Shown piece after piece: positions 36,961 through 49,215 of a stretch of 64,000 nucleotides of DNA; position 1 is the stretch's first letter, and every line of letters starts with the position of its first letter. The position numbers and the translations under genes were made by a program. The DNA lies in contig JASCQW010000072.1 of assembly GCA_030264375.1 (NCBI GenBank), positions 81,463,823 to 81,527,822 of the forward strand, in the 5' to 3' direction. The notes below the pieces were generated by a model that made no database searches, was not told the origin of the DNA, and saw nothing but the letters and a program-made list of their open reading frames with translations. Source of the DNA: Carcharhinus longimanus (taxonomy: Eukaryota).

Positions 36961-38390
36961 AACAGAAAATAGAAGCAGGTGTCCATTTTAGCCCCTTTGA
37001 GCCTGCTCCATCATTCAGTGTGATCATGCCTGTCATCAAGTCAATGGCCTGATCCCTTCTTTCCCAATTCTCTGCCCGTTGAAGTGGTGGAGGCTATCTC
37101 GCTAAATATTTTTAAGACGTGGGTTGATGGGTTTTTGATAAGAGAGGGGATTAAGGGTTATGGGGAGAGGGCGGNNNNNNNNNNNNNNNNNNNNNNNNNN
37201 NNNNNNNNNNNNNNNNNNNNNNNNNNNNNNNNNNNNNNNNNNNNNNNNNNNNNNNNNNNNNNNNNNNNNNNNNNCATGATCTTACTGAATGGCGGGGCAG
37301 GCTCGAAGGGCTAGATGGCCTACTCCTGCTCCTATTTCTTATGTTCTTATATCCTTTGATCCCTTTTGTCCCAACAGCTATATCTAACTCCTTCTTGAAA
37401 ACATACAATATTTTGAACTCAATTGCTTTCTTGGTATTGAATTCCACAGGCTCACCATTTTCTGGGTGAAGAAATTTCTCCTCATCTTGGTCCTAAAAAA
37501 TTTACCCCTTATCATTGAACTATGACACTTGGTTCTGGACTCCTCTCATCATCGGGAACATCCTTTCGGCATTTAACCTGTCTAGTCCTGATAGAATTTT
37601 ATAGGTTCTTATGACATTCTCACATCATTCTTCTGACCTCCAGCGACTAGCTTAACCAACTCAATCTATCTTCATACATCAGTCCAGCCATCCAAGGAAT
37701 CAGTACAGCAAACCTTCTCTGCACTCCCTCTGTAGCAAGAGCATCTTTCCTCGGATAAGGAGACCAAAACAGCACACAATACCCCACATATGGCCTCACC
37801 AAGGCCCTGATTAATTGCAGCAAGATATTCCTGCTCCTGTACTCAAATCCTCTTGTTATGAAGGTCAAAATATCATTTGCCTTCTCTACTGCCTGCTGCA
37901 CCTGCATGCTTATCTTCAGTGACTGATGTATAAGGACACCCAAGTCTTTTTACATATTCCCTTCTCTCAATCTTTGGCCATTCAGACAATAATCTGTCTT
38001 CCTTAATCTTTCCTCAGCTTTCCATTGTCTGTCATTCTCATCCACTTCCTTGCCCCTCTTATTGCTCTTGGTTAATCTGCATTTAGGAGAATTGCAAGCT
38101 GCTTTTATATTGAGGGGTTTACGATCTTTTTGGCTTCCAGCTGCCACCAAACCCACCTCAGTTAGGATGGGAGAATTCAGCCCTTAATATAAACTTTGTA
38201 CAAATGTGATCCTAACACTGAACCTTGGGGAACTCCAATTCCTATCACTCTGAATAATGATCCTTTGTCCCTGCTCTCTGCTTTCTGTCTTGCAGCCATA
38301 TATTCATTCTGCTTTTTCTCAGACACTACTTGCTCTGAGCTTGTTCATTAGTCTATTTGTGACACCTGATTAAAAGCCTTTTGGTTCTAA
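36961..38390 (-). mobile_element. CR1 LINE 3' portion with nested insertions
   Basis: GVLIHQSLKISMQVQQAVEKANDILTFITRGFEYRSRNILLQLIRALVRPYVGYCVLFWSPYPRKD is the CR1 ORF2 C-terminal region. Confidence 0.9.
37068..37350 (+). mobile_element. Younger CR1 3' end inserted antisense inside the older CR1
   Basis: VVEAISLNIFKTWVDGFLIREGIKGYG plus tail CCTACTCCTGCTCCTATTTCTTATGTTCTTAT. The host CR1 resumes at about 37350. Confidence 0.85.
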
Positions 38391-38904
38391 TCTTCTCTGA
38401 AATACAGCGAATGCCACAAGTCAAAAAAATGTCCCAATACTCTGGAATAACTTCACCATGATGAACAATGAAACTGCAAATTTAGTAATTAATGTTAAAA
38501 TACAATAAAATTAAGTCAGGTTTTGTTGTGATAGAGCTTTAAGAAAAAATATGCTTTTGAGTAAGTAGCCAGGATGTAAATCATGTGATCAGCAGACATT
38601 GTTCGGAGCAGCTTTCTGTTCAGTGAGCACGTGATGTGAAGAAGTTGAAGCTATACTCTCCTGTTAACAATGGCTGTTGAATCTTTTATAGTAGATCTGA
38701 CTATTGATCAATCTTGAACCATTTCTTCAAATAAACCAAACCTACGTTTATTTTATTAGTTCTGTGAGAGATTCGTAAGTTTGTCTTAAAGCAAACAAAT
38801 AAATACAATAGATTTCACTCAAATTAATATTTTATGTTGATCCATTTCAGCACTGACAATACTTTAGAAGTACAGAAGTGTAATCGTTATATTGCTGAAG
38901 TGGA

Positions 38905-39195
38905 ATGGGCATTCAAATCCCATCATGTTTGGAGATTTAAAGAATCAATAAAAGAGACTATGAAGCTATCAGTTTGTTGTTTAAAACCTAACTGGTTCAC
39001 TAATGTCCTTTTAGAAAGGAAACATACTGTTATCACCTAGTCTGGCCAATATGTGACTCTAGTCCCACGTCAATATGATTGACTCTCAAGTTACCCCGTG
39101 AAGTGGCACTGTTAGCCACTCAATTGTATTAAACTAGATGGGTTATAAGTACTAGCCTTACCAGAGACAATGACATTTGGACAATGAATTTTAAA
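38905..39195 (+). mobile_element. tRNA-derived SINE (second family), decayed
   Basis: TTCAAATCCCA..., CTGGTTCACTAATGTCCTTTAG and GTCTGGCC.ATATGTGACTCT match the reverse complement of 53045-53427. Confidence 0.7.
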
Positions 39196-42100
39196 ATCTG
39201 TCAGAATTGAGGAAAACTAAGTTTTAAACTTTTTTTGTGAAAGTATTTATTTCTAGCACACACAATATTGACACTGCCTGCTCTCCTCCACTACCCAGAC
39301 AGACAGTTCCCCAGGAGTAGGACACATGAATATAAATCTAAGTTACGGTTGCCTAGCAGCAAAGAACATAACCATTCATTGATAAACTGGCACTATGCCC
39401 AGAATAACTACTAGGAAATAGCATTTCCAGCCTTACAAAAGATTGTATTTACTGACTAAAAGACTGTTTATTTTGCAGAATTTTTTCTCATCCTCTTTGA
39501 TTTCTATTTTTCGTTTACTTTTGGCTGTACACCTTGAGGCACAGAGAAGACACAGGCAGACAAACTGATTGGCAAACATGAGCATATGTCCTATCAGGCT
39601 CCACATACTGGATGCTCTATATCCTGTAACTCTGCCAAAGTCTAGTACTAACTGATCATTAAAAGATACAACATATAAGTTATAGGAACTTTTCTTGGAG
39701 TGCACCAAAGACACATCTCTAATAGTTCCACACTTGTCACTAGGAACCGCCCATGTCTGTGGCCCAGAAGATATACATAGTGAGAGATCTTGTAACCAAA
39801 GCATGTAGCAAGTCAGTTTTTGACAAATTCTGGCCATGTTTGGCATTGGATCTGCCCACAATTACAGTTTGAGAGTGGAAAGCAAGACAAGTCTGAAGAG
39901 AACAAGCCCAGGCCATCAGCCATGTATGATATTTTTGTGGAGCCAAGAGGAACTAAACAGAATTTCTGAAAGTTCTCTTTTAAGTTTGCTAGTGGTTCCA
40001 TTTCAGCATCTGTTCTTCAATAACCCAAGATTTCACATTCACCACCCTATCTAGAAATCCATTCCAAGTGGTGATCTCTTTCTGCATGTACTTTCTTATG
40101 TGAGATTCAGTGTTACCTTTTATTACAGTACTCCTTTGCCTTCATCTTTCCAAGCTGTGGACAACATTTTACATTTGCTCACATTCAATTTTACTTGCCA
40201 TTGTTCAACTCACATACATATATTTTGCAATTTATTTCTGTAAGCTGAATGGCCTTCTTCAACTCCTTTGCTCTCCCTAATTTTACTTGTGTTTGCATCA
40301 TTGATGTATCAACATTTTAAGCACCAACACTAAAGTATCCTTCACTATTAGCAAGAAATAATTCTAGTGAATGAAAGAGCCTCAAGTTCCAGTTTCAAAA
40401 CAGCTCACTCAAGACTTTCATTCTTTTGTGGCATATAAAATGAATACTAGGATGTAGCAGGGACAGTGGATGCCATATTGCTGCAGCCTTTAAGAGATCA
40501 TAGTGATTAAAACAACTCCCAATTCATGCCAAGTAAAGAACTACCATCCCCAGTGATCTGAAATTCATTCCAGTTCACTTCCTGACAGAGTTCAGTTCCA
40601 AGGATGCTGGTTGGGGGGTAGGAACATTCAGATGGAAATTTTGTTAAAGGTTCTCCCTGGGGATCAAACAATGCTTCCTTCTACAAGAAAGCTGGAATTA
40701 TCTTAAAAGGACAGGAGAGTAGGGAATACAAACATACACATAAACCTTTACAACGGTAATTACAATTTTAACAGGCCCTTCATTTTCTGCAAAAAAAAAT
40801 GCACTGATGCAAAAACAGTTTGATATATTGATGAGGAAGAATGGTTGAAAATGGAAAATAAGATGAAATGTAGAAAGACTTGGAAAAAAAAGTAACAAGA
40901 AAATAACCAAAATAGGAAGCAGAAACATGCTGGTAAGAGGAAATTTTCTAATGAAGTATTTGCTACTGAAAGAAATTTTATGACCATCAAGATACCTGCA
41001 ATGTTTACATTTGTTCCAAAGGTACATTTTCAATGTGTGGTTATTTGCTGGACTTCCAACAGTCCTAATCTTAGCTGTTTGTAATCAATAGAACTTCAAC
41101 TGTTCCATTCTTAACATTACTTATTTGCATATTACTTGATATATTAAATAGCATGTTAGTACATGCGGATGTCACACATCTTAAGATGCCAAGTCATTCT
41201 GAGCTGCATCCTGAAATTGACAGCTTGAAATGCTCCCTGACCCAAAAAAGTGAACAATCTACATTAACAATTATCAAAGGAGTACAAACTGCATGCACAC
41301 TCAAGTCCCACAGGCACCACATGAGATAAATATTTTAATGATGCTGGTTAACTTCTGTCTACTACTGGAAGGATTCTCCATAGTGCTTTATGATCTTTTA
41401 CCTTCACCTGGAGAATCAAGCATCAGCCTGGATCATAAGTGGTCACGTTTCTGAAGTGGTATTTATACCCACTGAGCAAGAGTGACAAGAGTGTCTGTGT
41501 GAAAGACCAGTTTTAAACTGATAACTATGCTTGCTCAGTTTGCATTGTCCAAACATATTGAATGTAGGAGTTCTTCACACAAATATTTTTAGATCTATCT
41601 AAAGACAACTATTAAAAGTCTCACCTACACAAGTTTCCTATTTTCAGACTTGGGCTTAAGAGGCTGTGAGAAAGAGGAAGGAAGCTGAATCAGACTGAAA
41701 CACTCTTTCCTCTCCATAAATTCAGATTCATCTACAGATCAAGTTCATGTTCATCTCAATCTAAATGTCCTAGTAAATCAGCAATATTGTGAAGATTTCT
41801 CAATGTATCTTACATCTAATGAAGTATCTGAAGTGTTGTCACTGTCATAATGTACAACAAGCACATCCAATATGGAGTCAATAGTATTTTCCTGCATTTT
41901 GGGGATTATTTGTTGACATTTTTCACATAAACTATAGATTAGTGATTCTGGAGCATGGTAAGTGGGAAAATTATAAAGCATTATACATTGGTATGAAGAA
42001 GGTTTTGGCTCTCATTTGAATAATTATAAGAGTTAGATTGATCAGGAGAATTGAGAAGAGGCGTGCATTACCTGAAATTGGTTTATAAAACTCTACACTA

Positions 42101-44150
42101 GAACATTTGTAGTAAAATACTTCATTTGAAATACCTTGGAATGTTTTCTACAGTAATAGCTTTATCTGAATGCAAATCATCATTGATTGTATTTAAGCCT
42201 ATGTCAGCATGACCTGTTTTCTCAATCCCCAAGCAGGAAAAGCACAAGACAAAAATTAGAAAAAATGTATTTTATAGAAGAACTGACATGAATATTTATT
42301 TAAGCAGTTGCTTTCCTCTCTTTTGTACTCATATTAATTGTTATATGTTAAATGAGTGATTTTTGCAGGTAAGCATGTACTGTGCTCAATAGATATAATT
42401 TTTGCTCCAAGTCAGTTGTGCTGAGACTAGCTTCCAATTGCTTGCACCACTCAATAGTCCAGATTAAAGGGAGGTGACTGTTTTTTTAAAAGAAAACGCA
42501 AAAATTTAGCTGTACCTGAGTCTTTTTTGTCAAAAATCAGTGAGTATCAACAAGACCTTTAGAGTTCATTTTTATAAATGTGATTCCTCAACTACAATTT
42601 TATTAGTGATAACATACCTCACAAGCTAATGCATTTATAAATAATGGCACTTCAAATTCTCTCAAGCATTGAACAAACTACTTATTTCATATGAGGATTG
42701 AGACTTTGTGGAACCAACTGCATAGAGCATGTTTTTTTCTGACAGATGTCTCAAAAATTGAAAAACTCTAATTTACTAAAGGAAGCTCTGCGCACCCTCA
42801 ATTAGAGTAACAGTGGTCACTTTCTGGTTCAAAAAGGTTTGCAAATGAGTAAACCAATGTTGTCTTATGAACAAGTCACATAATTGAATAACAACTAGCA
42901 GGACCATTTCATATATGTGTAAAATATTATATATCCATCCCATTTCTTCTCCCTGACATCTGACAGGTCCAGTTCAGCTAATCATCTCTTGTTCAAATTA
43001 GAATTTTTGAATTCTTTCATTTTCTGACAAAATGTCAGGCAATAACTAATGGGGTGATTTTACAAAGATGATTATTAAATATTTAGTTTGGTATTCTAGA
43101 GATAGTTTCTTTCAATCGTATCTCAGAGCTTGTCAGCAGCCTTTCATTCCCTAAGTAGTAAAGTGCATCTTTACTTGCCCAATATCGAAACAATTTATCA
43201 CAAGCGTAAGCCTTAGTCATTGTACTTTGGTCTACTATTAGGCCATACATTCTACATGATCTTCATTAATCATTGGGCTATCTATCACTTTTGTAGCTTC
43301 ACAAAGATTGTTCAATTAGATTAAGGGAATCTGTTATATGTGTTCAAAGTTTGACTGGTTCAAAGGAAATTAAAGTTGGTGTCTTCACCTTAAAGCTGGC
43401 CATCTAGTGTATATTAAGCTGACTTCCACAAATTGCTTGTATTTGAACTGAATGGCTCAATCTTTTTGCATGGTATTTGACACAGCAAAAAACTCTTCTA
43501 AAGTGATTGTATAACAAAATAAGCAGATTCATTTTTTGAAAATGAAACTGACTTTTAAACTTGCATGCACTATGATGAAAAGGAAAGAAAAACCAAGTGC
43601 TTGGAAAATGTTTCACTTTACCACATAGTGCAGACTTGGCATTGTATCTTTGATGTTAATACCGTACAGTTTTGCCTAGATTTTTCTGATGTTGTGGGTA
43701 TCAGTTAATATCCAGAAAATCAGAAACAGTATTTATAATCAAAAATGGATAGGGAGATTTCAGCTCAGTCCATAGTTCAGTGGAGCACTATAACGACAAT
43801 AGATAATTCCCTTGCAAAATGCAAATATTATCCTATTTTATAATAGGTAATTCCCTGATCACTCTGTATCTATGGACTGCACTGTTTGCAAAGATCACAT
43901 CATTCATGATGTGTGCTCCTGTTACAGCCTTGCAGTGTACTTTGTTCCATGATGTTTCCTGTGCTTGTGGGAATAGGTAGGTGGAATAGCTCCATGTGCT
44001 GAATGATGCAGAGTTTATAAAACAAAACATAAACATATTGAATGTTTGGATAAAAACCTTTGAACATTTTGGCTTGTCTTGCACTTGATTTTTGACATCA
44101 ACATGTGCAAATAAAGGCTTTGGCCATTTTATATGTCACATGAAACTATA

Positions 44151-45357
44151 TGACCCATATCTTCCAATCTCCAGATCATCAGAAACTGGAGGTATCCTCA
44201 AAGGTACTTGCTGCAAACCTTCAGACATCCCAATGCACTGACTCTATGGGAATTGCCCAGGAAGTCTGAGTTAGAGTTGAGGACTTTGGATGGTTCTGAC
44301 TTACTTATCTGAATTGTTACATAGGAAATATTAGGCAGACAAATCCTCATCTAACTCCAAGATAACTATACAAATGAACCCCAATCACTCAACTGATCCC
44401 CCTCCATCTCCAACTCTCCCCTCTACACCAAGATGCTAATATCCTAAAAGACCTTTATGCTAACACAATATTGTCTGCTGGTACCACCATGTACCCTGGA
44501 ATTGCTGACAGAATGCAGAAAGAAATTGAAGTCCTTGCACCCAGCATCATGAAAATCAAGGTCATTGCTCTACCTGAATGTAAATGTTCTGTCCAGAATG
44601 ACAGGTTCCATCTTGGCTTCTCTGTCCACCTTCCAGCAGATGTGGATAAGCAAGCAGGAATATGATAAGTCTGGATCATCTATTATGCACTGCAAATGCT
44701 TCTAAATGGACTGCAAGCAGTCACATAGCGTTTGATGCAAAACTTTGAAAAGGAAGAATTTTTTTTTACTCCTCTGACTCTCCTAACCTGACCTTATGCC
44801 TGACTGCCTCTCTGGACCTCTCCCCTTGAGCGCACCCCGCCCTCGCCTCCCACCTGACCTCTCCCAGACCTGACCTCACACTCTAACTCCCTGTCCAGTC
44901 TCATCACCTGACTTTCCTGATCCAACCTAACCCGACCTCAACCCCAACTCCTCCATTGACCTGACCTCACCACCTGACTGTCCTGCTCCCAAACACCCTC
45001 CTGACTCCTCTACGGTCCACCCCACCTAACCTGACCAGGTATTCCCTTAACCACTTACACATTCACACAGATACTCATACACTAACACACTGAAAATCTG
45101 TTTAAATGTTCCAGCTTTTCAGTGTGTTAGTCAACACTTACCAGAATATGAAAGGTAATGCTGTAAGCAGGTCTATGTCTTATCTTTCCCCAGTAGTCCA
45201 GTAGTATGAGGAAGCAGCTGGATTGAAGGTACATTCCACACATTTCTGAAGAAACTGGGATCAGAAGACCTCACTGGAAATATGGAGCTCTGGCACAGAA
45301 AAGAAGGAGCTGTGCAGCAATTGATGATGATTGCCACTCCACAGAAGATTTGGGCCA
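44151..45357. mobile_element. TIR-bounded non-autonomous element (Harbinger-like) with C-rich CCTGACC interior
   Basis: Left end TGACCCATATCTTC versus the reverse complement of the right end TGGCCCAAATCTTC (12/14 match). The C-rich tract continues on both sides of the actin insert. No clear TSD. Confidence 0.5.
44432..44760 (+). pseudogene. ACTG1: Processed cytoplasmic actin fragment (last about 90 codons plus start of the 3' UTR), gamma-actin-like
   Basis: [44 protein letters not shown], then after a frameshift [32 protein letters not shown] (TAA 44703-44705). There is no intron at KIK/IIAP. ANT and xSG residues are cytoplasmic-type. The UTR TAAATGGACTGCAAGCAG..CATAGCGTTTGATGCA resembles the vertebrate gamma-actin UTR as I recall it, so the isoform call is less certain than the actin call. 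Confidence 0.9.
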
Positions 45358-46756
45358 CAAATTAATTGCCAGGGTTTGAGAGGACTTAGATAGCCTTTGT
45401 ATATAATACATCTGTTATAAGGCAGTCTGCAACTAGGCAAGACATCAGGGGGTCAATGTGCCCCATGAACTTCAGCTGTGAAATTTCTGGAGGAATTTTG
45501 AGAAGTTTGACCAAATAGGTTCTACACTCCTCTCCCGGTTGTATGGGACTAGCATATTAAGAAATCCACATGCACATTCTACATGGGACACAGGTTGTAA
45601 AACACCTTTGCACAGGATATTGACAGCTGGGTAAATTGTCATGGCTTGAACCTGCTTCTATGGTCACGAAGAGAAATCTGAGGGGAATTGACAATTCTTC
45701 CAATCTCAAAGGCAGAATTATGTAATAGTCACAGAGTTGCACTGGAAACCTGAATAGATAAGAGTAGCAAATCTATTATCATTGTCGGGCAAGGAGTGTT
45801 ATAGGTGGCAGTGCAAGACCTCACTAAGGAGTAAAGTAAGAAAGATTTGAGAAATTTTGGTTGTCTTCAAAACCCATTTTGAACCATCCACCAATATTAT
45901 ACATGACTAAGTGTTTAACTTTGAGCTCAGGAATGATCCACATGTTATGCTGAGCCTTCAGAGTTTTGGCAGTAGAAGGATGATCTCAGATGGGATTGTT
46001 TAGGAACAAGAGATCCTGCTAAGAGAGAACAAATGCTAGGAGAAGCCTATAGTAGAGAAGGCATCGACATGCAAAGATGCTCTGGCGTGGTTAATAAACA
46101 GTTAAAGAGTATTAACGGGAGAACTAACAAGGCTGTGCACTAGGCAGGCTAAGTTTTAAAGCACAGTCAATGATATAAAGGAATGACAGCTTCCAGAAGA
46201 CCCTGTAAAAAGGTCAAGTCCAAAGGACAGGATGCAAACACTGCGGAGGACACCACAGGAAGGAAAGGCTAGAAACATGTTCAGATTGGGGAATGTACTG
46301 CTCTAACTCCAAGAAGCTAAACAATTTTTTATGCATGTATTTTGCTACAAAGAAAAGCAAATTTGTAAAGTTGGTTGCTGGAGAAACTTCAGATGATGAT
46401 CCTGATGAATCAATCTATACCCTGGAACATCTGGTGTAGCCAGTTTCAAGGTAAAAATTGATTGTAACTTCTGAAAATGATGATGACTGCAGGAGAGCAT
46501 CAAGCTGATGTGAAATGTCAAATATTTGCAACATTATGAGCACTGCAGATTTGTGTGAATTTGCTCAAGATGGTGATCCAAATATGGAACTGTTGAATGT
46601 TAAGTTGAGGTTCTGTGATGGAATGTTGTTCATCCCCAGAGGACAACTAAGGTAAGTTGCCAACTCATGGAGAACAAAGAGCTACACTTCCAGATAGTTA
46701 CCAGCAAGCAATCTCGCCTCTTCCCAGCTGAAATAAGTCAAAACTTTGGACTCCAT

Positions 46757-46826
46757 GGGCAGGATTTTCCGGCCATGTTGCCCACTATGATTCCCATGGC
46801 AGGGAGGATGAGAAAACTGCCCCCCC
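46757..46826. mobile_element. 70-bp internally deleted Harbinger-type MITE inside the Gypsy
   Basis: GGGCAGGATTTTCC...GAAAACTGCCC with CAT on both flanks (possible 3-bp TSD). It shares GATTCCCATGGCAGG with the reverse complement of 25505-25632. Confidence 0.7.
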
Positions 46827-47575
46827 CATATACCAGAAAAGATTTGCAGTGATTTGCACGACATCAAATCAGTGGTTGGAGAGCAGATTCTGACAGGTTA
46901 CAAAAGGTGTTTTCAAAGGTATGAGGTACCTTCTTGATGTAGATGAGAGTTTAAGCTCAGCTCAATATCTTCCAAGCTGCCCTTAAGTCCAGACTGAAAG
47001 ACCAGATAGAGGAGCTTTAGACTGGTTCATGGTAGCCGTGAAAAAATCTGGAAAGCTGCGACGTGCATAGATTCAAAGAAACTCAAAGTTTTGAAGAGAT
47101 TTCACCATACCAGCCATTGAAGAGGTTTTACCTCAACTTGCAAAGGAAGAGATTTTTTCTAGTCTAGGTGGGTACTGGCAAATTAAGTTGAACAAAAGCA
47201 GTAGTCTTCTGGTTATTTTCTGCATGCTTTTGGGACCTATAAATGGCTGCACATACTGTTTGACATTTCAACTGCTCTGGAAGAGTACTAATGCCAGCAA
47301 GATAAGATAGTCAGGAGGTTCCAGGATTGGAACTAGCCATGGATTTTCTTCTTGTCTATTGATTTGGCGATATGATGAAAAACACATTCACAGAGTGCTA
47401 GAGAGCGTTCACCTGGTGGACCTGAAAGATTTGCAGCTGAATATGACTAAAATCAAGTACATAGGGCATGCATTGACAACTGAAGGACTTAACCCTGATC
47501 CTAGTAAGACATGAACTATCACAGAGATGCAGCTACTAAGAGATGTGAAAACAGTTCAACAATGTTAGACTTGTG

Positions 47576-47852
47576 AACATAAGAACATAAGAAATAGGAG
47601 CAGGAGTAGGCCATCTAGCCCTTCAAGCCTGCCCCACCATTCAACAAGATCATNNNNNNNNNNNNNNNNNNNNNNNNNNNNNNNNNNNNNNNNNNNNNNN
47701 NNNNNNNNNNNNNNNNNNNNNNNNNNNNNNNNNNNNNNNNNNNNNNNNNNNNNCTGCACACAGTACTCCAGTTGTGGCCTCACCAGTGCCCTGTACAGTT
47801 GCAGCAAGACCTCCTTGCTTTTATATTCTATCCCCCTCACTATAAAGGCCAT
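47576..47852 (-). mobile_element. Young CR1 inserted in the Gypsy, collapsed over a 100-N gap
   Basis: (CATAAGAA)n tail and MAFIVRGIEYKSKEVLLQLYRALVRPQLEYCVQ. Confidence 0.9.
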
Positions 47853-49021
47853 TTGAAATACCTATCCAAATTTATGCTCATTCTGTTGTCAGTGTGAAAC
47901 TCTACAAAGACTCACTGCAAGCTATATTCATTGGTATTGGGACACAGAACAAGAGCAGCTTTCATTCACTAATAATAGCACTGATGCCAATAGAGAGCTA
48001 GCATGATGTTGACCATGAAGTCACCCTGCAGTGACATCAATGAAGCAGGACTTAGTGCAACCCTCACGCAGCAAGGACAAGCAGTTGTGCATGTATCCAG
48101 AGTGTTAATGTAAGCTGAAAGATGTTGTGTAGAGAATGAGAAAGAATGCCTTTTTTTTATTGTGATCATTTCAGTCATTACTTGTTTGGGAGAGAGAAAG
48201 TGACAGTAGAATTTGACCATAAGCCATTTCAAAACATCTTTCTTGAACCACTTCTATCTGCTGAAAAGTGTTTGCTAAAGATGGGTTTTTATTTACAAAG
48301 ATATGATTTAGAAGTGAAGTACAAGTAAGGGAAGCAGATATACAAGCTGTCAAGGGCTGCACTCTCTTTGAAGAAAGCTGATGATGCTAGTAAACAGTAT
48401 GAAATCTCCCAGATTCAACAAGCAGTAGCAGATGGTGTTCTGGAAGTCAACAACCCAGCAGAAACATTGAATCTGATCAGACCAAGAAAACTACACAACA
48501 AAATCTAACTCTTCAAGTGCTAGAGGAATTTGTGATGAAAGGATGATCTGAAACTGTTGTGGATAATTTTGTTGCTACAAGAGGGTACTGGACAAAAAGA
48601 AATTGAGTGGCAGCCAAATGGCATTCTGTAGAAGGGACAAGAGTAAAAAAAAGTGAAAGGAAGAGAGCTTATGAACTATGCCTATGCAAACCATCAAGGA
48701 ATTGAGTATGGTCTGAGGAAGGCAAGTGACTTGCTTCAGTGGCCAAACATGAGAATGAGATTAAGGATCACATCAGCCATTCTGTTCTCGCAATGGACAT
48801 CAAGCTAAGCAAATCAGAGCCCCTTGTAACATCCCAGATCAACCATCAGTGGAGCTTGGATTAGAAATCTTCACTCTCACTGGAACTGATTATCTCCTCA
48901 CACTCTCACTCAGACTACTAGGAATTAGACAGCTGATATCAATGACTACCAATGGGCTTGTAGGATGCCTGTATGTACACTTCTGTCATTGTGGCACTGC
49001 TAACACTGTGATGACAATCAA

Positions 49022-49215
49022 CTTTGATCGACAATGGTTTCATGGTTATCAACAGACTTTTAATTCCAGATTTTTATTGAATTCAAATTCCCGATTTTTA
49101 TTGAATTCAAATTTCACCAACTGCCATGGTGGTCTTTGAACCCAAGTACCCAGAGCATTACCTGGTTCTCTGGATTATTAGTCCAGTGACAATACCATTA
49201 TGCATTGCCTCCCCT
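49022..49215 (-). mobile_element. tRNA-derived SINE 5' half with an internal 24-bp tandem duplication
   Basis: The minus strand has a tRNA-like head (TGGTATTGTCACTGGACTAATAATCCAGAG..GGGTTCAAA). ATTCC.GATTTTTATTGAATTCAA is duplicated. Confidence 0.8.

Larger units (their letters stand above)
45450..49020 (+). mobile_element. Decayed Ty3/Gypsy LTR retrotransposon internal region (gag-PR-RT-RH-IN)
   Basis: gag FKTHFEPSTNII; RT TIPAIEEVLPQLAKEEIFSSL..GYWQIKL; RNase H VTLQ, EAGLSATLTQQGQ, EKEC, HYLFGREKVTVEFDHKPF..LQRYDLEVKYK; integrase HQGIEYGLRKASDLLQWPNM. The RT-RH-IN order is Gypsy-type. Many stops and frameshifts. Confidence 0.9.

Noticed and set aside
39437-39532. Minus-strand 96-nt exon-like block CTAKSKRKIEIKEDEKKFCKINSLLVSKYNL with a GTAAGG donor
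   Set aside because: The acceptor is an uncommon AAG, the peptide is unrecognised and no other minus-strand partner exons are evident.
44471-44665. Actin ORF as a functional gene exon
   Set aside because: Frameshift, substitutions at invariant residues, a missing intron and no upstream exons show it is a pseudogene fragment.
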